A program made the translations under genes and the position numbers. Below are positions 17,227 to 26,409 of a stretch of DNA of 64,000 nucleotides, one piece after another. The notes below the pieces were generated by a model that saw only the letters and a program-made list of their open reading frames with translations, was not told where the DNA came from and ran no database searches. The DNA lies in the IMG/VR virus record IMGVR_UViG_3300005077_000572, positions 9,131-73,130 of that record, one strand, 5' to 3'. Each line of letters opens with the position of its first letter. Within the stretch, counting starts at the first letter, position 1. The DNA is from a virus.

Positions 17227-18179
17227 TTTTGTTTTCCTGACTTCATATTGGCACACCAGTGGGCCATGCGCTGTCGCTCCCCAGAACTATTGCTGGCAAT
17301 GTCTCTTAATTTACTTATACTCTGTGAACAATCAACTCCCATACGCTTGGCTAATCCCCTGCGTCCGGGATTTTTGCCGTCTTTAAAATTTTCAGCAACA
17401 CCGGATGTGGCCTTGGGTAGATCAAATCTATCACGTGGTCCTAGTAATCTAATGGAGTTTTTACTGGGGGCATCTAATACTGTATTTTTATTCCAGTCGT
17501 AGTATATTGATATGAATTTTCCAGAGGACAGGCGATCCCAGAGTTTTTTAGCAAGTGCGCTGTGTTTTCCAGTAGCAAACACCCAGGGTCCGCCCTGCAG
17601 GAATGTAGAATAAATTAAACTACCGACGCCCTGACCCTGCAATTCATCCGCCAGTACCATATGTGGTGTAACAATACTAACTCCAGGTCGTGTCACCGGC
17701 TCGTCCACCAAATCAACGTTGGTTTCTATAGTAAAATTACCCACACACTTTCCAGATTCTAGACTATAGAGGTAATATTCATGATGACCACCGACTCTGG
17801 AATATCTGACTTCAAATTTATTGCTGATGGGTGTGGCGACCCTTTTCATGTCATTTTTGTATAAATCGCCCAGTTTCAGTGGGCCCTGACTATTTAATTT
17901 TGAAAAGGTTCGGTATTCGTCAAGGCTAAGATTTATTGTGTTTTCTTCTAAGGACTCGCTCATGAAATCACTCAACGGATCCACTATCACTAACTGTCCA
18001 TTGGCACGTTGCATGATGTTGGCCACGTTGCCGAGGTCAAACTCATGTTGATCTGCCTGTCCGTTGCCATACAACTGATCCACGGCCCGGACTAGGCTAT
18101 CAACACCGTCTTGACCGTGCTGCCAGGTCATGGGATAGGGTGCAGTAAACGCTTCTGTAATGATATCATTGATTCTCAT
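17223..18179 (-). CDS. Modular putative virion-packaged protein: kinase-like fragment, GNAT-like domain and basic C-terminal domain
   Basis: MRINDIITE leader; DLGNVANIMQRANGQLVIVDP; ELQGQGVGSLIY (acetyl-CoA motif A); ENFKDGKNPGRRGLAKR tail. Confidence 0.55.
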   Translation of the reverse strand: MRINDIITEAFTAPYPMTWQHGQDGVDSLVRAVDQLYGNGQADQHEFDLGNVANIMQRANGQLVIVDPLSDFMSESLEENTINLSLDEYRTFSKLNSQGPLKLGDLYKNDMKRVATPISNKFEVRYSRVGGHHEYYLYSLESGKCVGNFTIETNVDLVDEPVTRPGVSIVTPHMVLADELQGQGVGSLIYSTFLQGGPWVFATGKHSALAKKLWDRLSSGKFISIYYDWNKNTVLDAPSKNSIRLLGPRDRFDLPKATSGVAENFKDGKNPGRRGLAKRMGVDCSQSISKLRDIASNSSGERQRMAHWCANMKSGKQK

Positions 18180-18180
18180 A

Positions 18181-20466
18181 TTAGCCCATCTCCGGTACTA
18201 CTTCTACACCAGCCTGCATCTGTGATGGATTTTGTCGTAGCCACTGCATGGCAATACGATTGGCATCACTCTGACTGTTGCCCACGCCACCAAATCTATA
18301 GATAACTTGATTCTGTGGGTTCAGTACCAGCCACTGTCCAGTAAACTCACCAAGGCCAGTTGGTGTGTATGTTTGTCCAATTTGATTACCACTGCTGCGC
18401 TCTAATCGCTGACGTTGTAGGTCTAGTGTGCTACCAGGAATAGGCTGGTCAGTTCCTGTGTTATCAGCAGCACTGGGTTGTTCAACTTCAACGCGGCGTA
18501 CAGTAAATCTACGTGCGGCTTCGGCACTGCTGAGTCCATGATTTCCAAAGTTTCTATAGTCATTGAGTCTAACCATGGCCTGGCCGTCGCTGGCCAACTT
18601 GAAGGTGTCACCAATACGATGTCTAGTATCTCGGTCAATAATTTCGTATTCTATTTCACCTTCACTGGAAAGTCCCACAGGTAAGTCATTGGTGGCCATG
18701 ACACGCAGTCCGTGCCCTGAGCGTGTCAGACCATTATTGGCCAACCAGTTTAGTGCCAATTCACGAGCCATGTCATTGTCAGCGGCCCAGAAACGATTGA
18801 TTACCTGACCACCGTCTGCTTTGAAAATTTCATAACGCTGACTGCCACCAATCTGTGTAGGTTCTCCATCAACGGGTTCATTGGAGGTTCCACCGCGAGC
18901 AATCTTGCGCTGTAGTTGTGTCTGCTTGATAAAACTCTTTAGGGCCTGTTTGGGCATTTCACCAGCAACATAACGAGCAAAATGTGTGATGGGATCATCA
19001 TTATTTCCTTCGGGTGCCAGAGCCTTGTAGAGTTTCTTTAGATACTCTTGACGATATTTCTTAGGATCCATGGCAGCATCCAAGGCCACTACAAATCGCA
19101 TCATAGTAGGAACAATCAAATCAAAATTTTCGTTGAGCCAATCACCACCGGCACTGCGAAATTCCACGTAGTTGCCCTTGGTATTGATGCTGGTATACTT
19201 GCTGGTTTCTCCAGTGTGTATCAGTTTAGTTGCCAGCGCACCCATGTGATCACGCATTTGATTTAATAATTCTTGTGCGGACTCTGGGTTTCGTTTGATT
19301 TTATCTCGAACAATACGCATGGCACTCTTGGTATAGTTGTTGCTGATACGGCCAAATTCGTTCAATACTCGCTCATCGCCCAACAGCATGGCCAGTTTAA
19401 CATAGTCCAATTTGGCAGTGCTGAGGTTGGGTACACTGACGTTGATGTGTAGACCGGTACTACGGTTGGTATAGGCGCCTTCACGATCGGCCCAGGCCTT
19501 GACCTTCTTGAGATCCTCCATCATTTCTTCCAGGGTCATTGGAGGGCTGACAAATTCCAGTCCAGCGTCGTCGGGGCTGTTGCCTTCTAGACTGCCATCG
19601 GGTTCCACTACATAAGTACCAGGTTCACGACGACCACCATGATAACTGCTGCTGTAGTTCACAGGTTTGCCAATGGCATTTTCAAAATCGTCAGCAACGG
19701 CCTGACCGTCAATTTCACCATCGCCGCCGCCCACAGGAATCCAGTGTGGCCACGTCAATTCAAAGTTGTTTCCAATGTCGGTCATATAGGGATAGTTTTC
19801 CCGCAGCCAATCGCGTTCATCGGCATTGGACATCTCAGTGTCCATCCAATCGCTTCTGGCGTCGTCTACTACCGCTGATTCATCTTTGATGGCCTGGTCG
19901 ACATAATCATTTATTTTTTCACTGTGGAACTCTGGATCGTTGTTAAAACGTTCAATGTCTTCGTCGCTTAGTTCCAGCGAGTCAATGATGTCGGAGTCGC
20001 TGATGTTGTCCACCACATAGTCATAGACGATGGTGAATGAATCGTCGTTGAATTCACGATACAACCGATCGTCAAGGCTTTCAAAGAATTCTTCACGCAG
20101 ACGTTGGATCACACGCTCAACCTCTCGGCTACTGTTGTAGTCATAGTCGCTGAAGAAATTTTCAATGTTGCCGAAACTACGAGTCCACTCGTCCTCGTCG
20201 TAGTCGGGCTCCATTTCCGCATCTTCGTCGCTGCGCAGATTGGGTATGATCATTTCGAATTCCATGCCAGCCAGCGCACCGGGAATATCTCTAACCAAAC
20301 GAGACAGGTTAGTGGGACTCATGTTGATTTCAAAAAGTTCTTGACTATCAGGCTCCCAGCTCTCGCTTAATTTTTTTGTAAAACTTTTACCAAGTTTTGC
20401 AAATACACCGGGATAGCTCACAGTATAAGGTCTTGATGATTTACCAAAAATATGCGACGATTTCAT
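18181..20466 (-). CDS. Putative amidoligase (Amidoligase_2 / COOH-NH2 ligase type 2) with C-terminal repeats
   Basis: GMEFE, EPDGSL, GLEFVSPP, TNRSTGLHINVS, KYTSIN, VEFRSAGG. Confidence 0.8.
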   Translation of the reverse strand: MKSSHIFGKSSRPYTVSYPGVFAKLGKSFTKKLSESWEPDSQELFEINMSPTNLSRLVRDIPGALAGMEFEMIIPNLRSDEDAEMEPDYDEDEWTRSFGNIENFFSDYDYNSSREVERVIQRLREEFFESLDDRLYREFNDDSFTIVYDYVVDNISDSDIIDSLELSDEDIERFNNDPEFHSEKINDYVDQAIKDESAVVDDARSDWMDTEMSNADERDWLRENYPYMTDIGNNFELTWPHWIPVGGGDGEIDGQAVADDFENAIGKPVNYSSSYHGGRREPGTYVVEPDGSLEGNSPDDAGLEFVSPPMTLEEMMEDLKKVKAWADREGAYTNRSTGLHINVSVPNLSTAKLDYVKLAMLLGDERVLNEFGRISNNYTKSAMRIVRDKIKRNPESAQELLNQMRDHMGALATKLIHTGETSKYTSINTKGNYVEFRSAGGDWLNENFDLIVPTMMRFVVALDAAMDPKKYRQEYLKKLYKALAPEGNNDDPITHFARYVAGEMPKQALKSFIKQTQLQRKIARGGTSNEPVDGEPTQIGGSQRYEIFKADGGQVINRFWAADNDMARELALNWLANNGLTRSGHGLRVMATNDLPVGLSSEGEIEYEIIDRDTRHRIGDTFKLASDGQAMVRLNDYRNFGNHGLSSAEAARRFTVRRVEVEQPSAADNTGTDQPIPGSTLDLQRQRLERSSGNQIGQTYTPTGLGEFTGQWLVLNPQNQVIYRFGGVGNSQSDANRIAMQWLRQNPSQMQAGVEVVPEMG

Positions 20467-20741
20467 TTATTCAGCTGCCTTACTATTTTACTTGTTGGAT
20501 TAAATTTTTTGGTGCGCTTGGCTTTTCTTGCCATTCTAGCACCGATTTGTGCTTTGGTTTTTTTAAGTACGAAGCGTTTTTTAAGATCCACAGGAGCAGA
20601 ACACTGGCTTGGTTCAGCAACTACACGCCCTTTACGGTTTCCCATGGTGCACCGATATTTTCGTGTAATCTTTTTATCTTTCCTGGCCCAGACTAACTTT
20701 GCTTCCAGTACTGGTGTGGGAAGAACTTCGTTTAATAACAT
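20463..20741 (-). CDS. Basic hypothetical protein
   Basis: AAGGAG RBS before MLLNEVL; RKYRC..G.RKGRVV..PSQC. Confidence 0.65.
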   Translation of the reverse strand: MLLNEVLPTPVLEAKLVWARKDKKITRKYRCTMGNRKGRVVAEPSQCSAPVDLKKRFVLKKTKAQIGARMARKAKRTKKFNPTSKIVRQLNK

Positions 20742-20813
20742 AAAAAACTCCTTCAAATATTTATCTTATTGTAATATAAGATATATCCGAAGGAGTATTT
20801 GGTTCGTTTTAAA

Positions 20814-21062
20814 TTACAGGAAGGCTATTAAAATAGTAATAATTGTACCAAGCAGCCCGCTGATGATTGCGCCGGCAGTAGTAATAAGAATTTTATTACT
20901 ACTCTGATGCTGGCGAATATTTTCTTCGCGCATGGCCGTGACGTCTCGACTGAGGCGTTCAAGTCCGTCCGCGACACGATTTACTTTTTCTTCCAAAACT
21001 CTGTACCTTTCTTGACAAAGGTCCACATGAGCTTCTAGGTTTGTCCGTTCTAAGTCTGACAT
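20814..21062 (-). CDS. Coiled-coil protein with C-terminal TM helix (XhlA/holin-like architecture)
   Basis: LEAHVDLCQERY coiled coil followed by a hydrophobic C-terminus. Confidence 0.55.
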   Translation of the reverse strand: MSDLERTNLEAHVDLCQERYRVLEEKVNRVADGLERLSRDVTAMREENIRQHQSSNKILITTAGAIISGLLGTIITILIAFL

Positions 21063-21228
21063 TTTCTCACCTATTTTATCGCTTACGGCTTTATCAGTTC
21101 GCCTGCTTGCCAGTAAGTGTATTAATCAGTTGAGTTTATTGGTATTGCCTGAGTATGCCTAGTTTATATGTGCCTAAAATTTTATATTAATATTTATGTA
21201 CGACCCAGCGACAAATTAACACACTGTA

Positions 21229-21708
21229 TTATAGATTGTCGTTGCGTACAAAGTATAAATTCTTAACAGTAGCTGAAGTGGTATCAAACACGACTGGGCT
21301 GAAAGTTTCAGTTTCTTCAAGTCCAGCAGTAATAGCCACTGAATGACAATCATTTATTAGGTGATATGTTTGATCACTGGCATTGGCCCAGGCACCCTTA
21401 TACTCTGTGGCAAATTTTACAATCCAGAGCGTAGCGGACGCATTGACAAAATTACTGCCGAAACTATAATCTGCCAGGTCTTGGTTTTCTCGACGACTTA
21501 TACTAACAATAATTGGCTGCGCACGAAGGCTGACTAATTGTAGTAGTACATTAAGGTTCTGCGCTTGATTATATCCAGTTACGTCTGCACTTCTTGGGTC
21601 AGTGATACCACTGTCGGTAATATCAACCAAGGTATAGGCTGTAAAATATTCAATATCACCAGTTATGTGCTCTCCTGAGCGTCCAGTTCCATTAATCTTC
21701 GTTGTCAT
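21229..21708 (-). CDS. Putative virion structural protein
   Basis: 159 aa with AAGGA RBS in the late block. Confidence 0.55.
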   Translation of the reverse strand: MTTKINGTGRSGEHITGDIEYFTAYTLVDITDSGITDPRSADVTGYNQAQNLNVLLQLVSLRAQPIIVSISRRENQDLADYSFGSNFVNASATLWIVKFATEYKGAWANASDQTYHLINDCHSVAITAGLEETETFSPVVFDTTSATVKNLYFVRNDNL

Positions 21709-21716
21709 AAAATTCC

Positions 21717-22442
21717 TTAAACCAAACTACGCCCAAGTGCACGGCCAGCATGGAACCCAGCGTACCCAGCTGCACCCAGTGCGGCGGCCTTGGCGATGGT
21801 ATCCAGTGTTTTGCTCTGTGGTACTTCTGCATTGTTGGCATTTTGTATTTCTAATTTTTTAGTTCTGGCCAGATCTTCCAGGAACGCAAATAATTCACTG
21901 CGTCTAGCGTGGGCGCGGTAGAACTGTAAGAGTCTGGTTACCACCAGTGCACGCTGTGTTTCGTTTATACGTGGCCAATCTTGTGCTAGTCGTCGAGCGC
22001 TGCGATAACCACTACTGTCTATGGCTAGACGCTTTTCTAAATCCTGCAATGTCTGTCTAGCATACGTGCTATTAAGTTGATTCAACGACATCTGATCAAA
22101 AAACATTTTAAGACGACGATCATCAATCCGTATACGATTTAACAGCGTCTGATCAGCACCATCACCGGCAATGAGGTCGGCGTTTTTTGCTGTTAGAACA
22201 TGTAGTGTCATATATAAGTCTGTACCACTTTGACGATATTTGCGAAAGTTACCATACATGCTAGTTTTATCCGCATAGCGCATGGCAACTGGCGCAAAGT
22301 TAAATTCGTTATATAAAATCCAGAGTGTTATCATGTCAACAAATGCGTGATCAGCAATAACACGTGCTGACGATTGTATCAATTGTTGACGTGTGCGATA
22401 CTGACTACTTTCGTTTAGATCTTTGATTAATTCTAGTTTCAT
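21717..22442 (-). CDS. Hypothetical, probable internal head protein
   Basis: MKLELIKDLNE leader; ATAAATA at 22448-22454. Confidence 0.6.
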   Translation of the reverse strand: MKLELIKDLNESSQYRTRQQLIQSSARVIADHAFVDMITLWILYNEFNFAPVAMRYADKTSMYGNFRKYRQSGTDLYMTLHVLTAKNADLIAGDGADQTLLNRIRIDDRRLKMFFDQMSLNQLNSTYARQTLQDLEKRLAIDSSGYRSARRLAQDWPRINETQRALVVTRLLQFYRAHARRSELFAFLEDLARTKKLEIQNANNAEVPQSKTLDTIAKAAALGAAGYAGFHAGRALGRSLV

Positions 22443-22450
22443 AATAATAT

Positions 22451-23758
22451 TTATTTTGCAAAGTTGGCTGCACTGAATTCCAGACGGTCCACGATCTTCA
22501 TGGCACGACCATTGTTGCTGACAATGACAAACCCCTCGGGATCAGTCACTTTAAAGTCACCATTGGGCTGTTCAATAAAACTGTCAATGGCTTTGATATG
22601 GCGCATTTGTCGCTGAAACATCATCTTAATTGATTCTGCTTTTAAATATGCACTGTACATTTCAGCAACTGTCTGCTTATTGCTTTCTAAAAACTCCAAA
22701 ACTGAGTTCATCTGCTGTGTCTTTTTCTGACTGGCAGAATCAGTCTTTAATCGGTCAATGGCATCTTGAAATTTATCACGTATTCTATTAATAAACCCAG
22801 AAGCAAACTCTGCTGGGTCTGCAATCAGGCCCTGGCCTGATCGTATGGGTAGATTTGCGTGTGCCTTGAGTTCAACCACTAGGTCAATTCCGATTTTCTG
22901 ATCCAGTAACTTGAATGCCGACGCATCAGGACTTGTGGATTTTAAATCAGCAATGGCCTTTTTAATTGCATTTACCACCCGAGGTGACATGTTAACCTGG
23001 CCACTAACATCACGAATAATTGCATCAGTCACCCAGATATTCTTGGTTTCCGGCATGTCACTAGCATCAAATCCAAAGGTGGCCGACATGTTTTCAATGC
23101 TGTCACCGGAATAGCTAGTATGGAAAACTATACCCATTTGGCTGGCCAGTATACGGCGACCCAGGCGGCTGTTTGTCGGTACAGTGTAGGTTATTGTATT
23201 AGGTTTAAATGCCACATGACGCACACCGTCAATGTTGACCATTCTTAGATCTTCACGAGTATACAATAGGTCTCCCTGTAGTACACCAGTGATTCCTAGC
23301 TCGGGTAGATACTTTAATACAGTGTTTAATTTGTTTCTGAGACCACTTTTATCTACAGTCTCACCAGTTCGAGACACATCTGCATGATTTTTTTCAATGT
23401 CTGCAGGTGATTTATTTAACTTGGCATTTTTAGCAAACACGCCCTTGGTGCCTACAAAAAATTTACCGTCAGCGGGATCAAGTCCACAGAAAATAGCAGG
23501 GCTACCGTCCCACTTGGTGGTAATAGCGTCGCCAGAAGCACGCCCATCAAGTTGATCTAATAATTTTGTATAGCTGTCTACTAGACGATCCACACCGGCA
23601 CGGCCGTAGAGAAACACTAGTTCCTCGGCATGATCTAAATGTGTGTTTTTACCTTCGGCTTCACCGACTAAGTCACGGCCGTGAATTTTTCTAGGAACTC
23701 GTGGGCCGCGATGTCGTCGATTGTGTGGGTTAATTCCCAGTATGTCTTTTATCTTCAT
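22451..23758 (-). CDS. DUF6267-like conserved T4-like phage protein (KxDG nucleotidyltransferase/ligase-like)
   Basis: KNTHLDHAEE, TTKWDGSPAIFCG, FFVGTKG.F, LQGDLLY, FKPNTITY, EGFV, KIVDRLEFS..NF. Confidence 0.7.
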   Translation of the reverse strand: MKIKDILGINPHNRRHRGPRVPRKIHGRDLVGEAEGKNTHLDHAEELVFLYGRAGVDRLVDSYTKLLDQLDGRASGDAITTKWDGSPAIFCGLDPADGKFFVGTKGVFAKNAKLNKSPADIEKNHADVSRTGETVDKSGLRNKLNTVLKYLPELGITGVLQGDLLYTREDLRMVNIDGVRHVAFKPNTITYTVPTNSRLGRRILASQMGIVFHTSYSGDSIENMSATFGFDASDMPETKNIWVTDAIIRDVSGQVNMSPRVVNAIKKAIADLKSTSPDASAFKLLDQKIGIDLVVELKAHANLPIRSGQGLIADPAEFASGFINRIRDKFQDAIDRLKTDSASQKKTQQMNSVLEFLESNKQTVAEMYSAYLKAESIKMMFQRQMRHIKAIDSFIEQPNGDFKVTDPEGFVIVSNNGRAMKIVDRLEFSAANFAK

Positions 23759-23993
23759 TCGCTTTCCTAATACCGCGTTGGAATTTGCTTCCGTCACCGG
23801 TGCGAATACTATTGATAAAACGCTTGATCAAATCCTGTGAGGTTTCAGTATCATAGGTTTCATTGATTAAATCAATCAAGTTGCTGGCACTGGCCACTAG
23901 GTTACTGGCAGTGTTTTCAATCAGATATTTTTTATCGTGGCTGGCACTTAGGCTGTTGATTTCCTCTAAAAGTGATCGTGTACGTTTTTTCAT
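23730..23993 (-). CDS. Hypothetical protein
   Basis: 87-aa helical ORF. Confidence 0.6.
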   Translation of the reverse strand: MKKRTRSLLEEINSLSASHDKKYLIENTASNLVASASNLIDLINETYDTETSQDLIKRFINSIRTGDGSKFQRGIRKANEDKRHTGN

Positions 23994-24063
23994 AATATTT
24001 GTACCTTTTACTGTAGTATTTAGCGTTTTTCTGATAATTATATTTTGAGAAGAAGGATTTGCT

Positions 24064-24390
24064 GTGTCTAATATAAACCAAGAACTACGCTCGATAATTG
24101 ATAGACTCCATACAATACAAGAAACTGATGGGATGGATGACTCACAACTTAATAAACTGGCAATGCTTGCTAGAGACGGGCTTATACCCGACGATCAAGT
24201 TGTCCAGGTGAGGACGGCAATGAGAGCTATGATGGGCGGACGGCAACCTAGTGCTCAACAACGACAAATTCTGTTGAACATGCTGGGCTCCCTTGCTGAC
24301 ATTATAACCAGCGACATGGGCATGTATCAGAGAATTAGAACTAGTGTTAAACAACATACGCAAAATTCAGAAGGTGATCAAGGACATTAA
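24064..24390 (+). CDS. Hypothetical protein
   Basis: Lone plus-strand gene filling the gap, with AAGGA RBS. Confidence 0.6.
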   Translation: MSNINQELRSIIDRLHTIQETDGMDDSQLNKLAMLARDGLIPDDQVVQVRTAMRAMMGGRQPSAQQRQILLNMLGSLADIITSDMGMYQRIRTSVKQHTQNSEGDQGH

Positions 24391-24395
24391 GTAAA

Positions 24396-25784
24396 TTATT
24401 CAGCTCTTTTTAGAATACTACGTAGACGATCAGTATTGTTGACAACTGACGCCACAACGTTATTTGTCGAATTTATACTAGACGCTGTAGTGGTTTCACT
24501 CTGACGTTTTAGTCGATCATAAATCGAGCTAGTTGTATTTTCTGCCTGTTGTTCGTCTTCTTCAAGATCAGTAATTCGTAGACTGTCGATGTTAAACGCC
24601 AGATCTAACTTCTGGCCGACGCCACTACTGGATCGGGTCTTCATAAATTGTATCTGTGCACGGCCGCGCTCACGCATCTGTCGGCTAGTAAAAATACCCA
24701 CCACGTTGTCAGCAGTATTAATTTTACTGATACCACCACTGATGTGGCTGTGATCAAATTCAACCTCGTCGACACTGCTACGGTTTAGCTGGCTGGCTGT
24801 AACAAACAATATGTCATTCTCAATGGCAAAGTTACGAAGTTCCTCACTGACATATTTGTCCTTGATAAACAGGTCACTGGCACTGATCTTTTTACCTGCG
24901 GGGCTCATGAGGTCTAGATAGTCCACACACATAGCGTCAACTTTAAGATTGTGCTGTATCTGATATTCTTTAAGATATGCCTTTAAGTCATTGACATTAC
25001 ATCCGTTGGGTAACTGTACAATTTGCAGGCGGCCGGCTTTTTTACTAGTCATGCGGATTTTTAGATCGACGTCGTCGATATTTTTAAATAAATCGCGTGT
25101 ACTATAACCAGTAAGCATACTGTCAATACGCATACTACAAAGTTCTTCGCTGAGCTCAAGACTTACGTAGACCACGTTGAGTCCTGCCAGCACCCAGTTC
25201 AATGCAATATTCTGCATGAACAGTGACTTACCAGAACCCGAGCCCCCGGCAAAGATGTTGAGTTCACCTCGGTTAAACCCACCATATAGGAAGCGATCAA
25301 AACTCGTCCATCCAGTGCTGGTTCCACCCTTTTGTTCTTTGATCTTTGCAAGTCGCAGTGCCGGATCCGACCAGTAATCCGTGCCTAGATCCTTGGCCAG
25401 ACCAATCTGTACAGCTTCTTTGATCAGTTTTTCCACAGTACCATACTCGCCCTTTTCCAGTTTATCAGTACTGGCCAGGATAGCACGTTCCAGACCTTTA
25501 TGTCGACAGAATTTTTCAAATTCATCTAGAAACCATTTCTGATGCGCGGCAGTATTGTCTCGTAGATCTTGTAGTGCTACTCCAGTTTTGGCTTTAATCT
25601 GCTCAAATGTCGGCATATCGCCGTACTTCTCTACGTGCTCCTGCATGAACCTAACCACTGGTCGCAGACTACGATCAAAGTAATCAGCATTTAAAATTGC
25701 ATTACATCTGACAAACAACTCACGATCGGCTTCTAAAAACTCCAGGTAGAGTTTCTGTTCTTCTAGGCTGTATTCTTCGGCCAT
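24396..25784 (-). CDS. Replicative DnaB-like helicase (T4 gp41-like)
   Basis: Walker A GGSGSGKS, YVSLELSE, VDYLDLM, TASQLNR. Confidence 0.95.
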   Translation of the reverse strand: MAEEYSLEEQKLYLEFLEADRELFVRCNAILNADYFDRSLRPVVRFMQEHVEKYGDMPTFEQIKAKTGVALQDLRDNTAAHQKWFLDEFEKFCRHKGLERAILASTDKLEKGEYGTVEKLIKEAVQIGLAKDLGTDYWSDPALRLAKIKEQKGGTSTGWTSFDRFLYGGFNRGELNIFAGGSGSGKSLFMQNIALNWVLAGLNVVYVSLELSEELCSMRIDSMLTGYSTRDLFKNIDDVDLKIRMTSKKAGRLQIVQLPNGCNVNDLKAYLKEYQIQHNLKVDAMCVDYLDLMSPAGKKISASDLFIKDKYVSEELRNFAIENDILFVTASQLNRSSVDEVEFDHSHISGGISKINTADNVVGIFTSRQMRERGRAQIQFMKTRSSSGVGQKLDLAFNIDSLRITDLEEDEQQAENTTSSIYDRLKRQSETTTASSINSTNNVVASVVNNTDRLRSILKRAE

Positions 25785-26206
25785 TTTTTAACCGCCACTC
25801 CACATTTCTTTAAAAATTCCACACCATCAGTGGATCTATAATCTTCAGAATAATATACTTCTTTGATGCCCGACTGATATATTAATTTAGAACACTCCAT
25901 ACAAGGCTGGTGTGTCACAAGTATTGTAGCATCACGACCGCTTTCAGTCGAGCCGGCCAATTTCGAAATGGCGTTTGACTCTGCATGCAAAACTTCGGGT
26001 TTAGTTACAAGTCCACTGGAACCATCTTGTTGAAAGAGTTCGTCTTCACAGTTGTTGTCCCAGCCTGCGGGCATACCGTTGTAGCCAATACTGATAATTC
26101 TATCATCTTTAACTACAATAGCACCGACCTGTAGTCGTCTAGCACTGCTGAGTTTACTGAACCTGTATGCAACATCCATGTATGCATCTATAAATTTATC
26201 TTTCAT
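25763..26206 (-). CDS. dCMP deaminase
   Basis: RLQVGAIVVKD, GYNG, HAESNAI, PCMEC. Confidence 0.93.
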   Translation of the reverse strand: MKDKFIDAYMDVAYRFSKLSSARRLQVGAIVVKDDRIISIGYNGMPAGWDNNCEDELFQQDGSSGLVTKPEVLHAESNAISKLAGSTESGRDATILVTHQPCMECSKLIYQSGIKEVYYSEDYRSTDGVEFLKKCGVAVKKWPKNTA

Positions 26207-26409
26207 ATTTTACCAGTTAATTTTAGTTCGACGTATTCGGATTCTGAATAAATGTTGGTAACTTCAGTTTCCATGGGGTACGGTGAATAGATTGTCACCA
26301 AAAGCCTAACACGATGAAAATGGCTCAACCAAATTAGTTTACCAGTTGTAGATCGTCGAGGCCACCAGGAAAATTCATGACTTGATGCTATTTCTTTTTT
26401 TCTTTTCAT
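26203..26409 (-). CDS. Hypothetical protein
   Basis: 68-aa ORF coupled to primase and dCMP deaminase. Confidence 0.5.
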   Translation of the reverse strand: MKRKKEIASSHEFSWWPRRSTTGKLIWLSHFHRVRLLVTIYSPYPMETEVTNIYSESEYVELKLTGKI

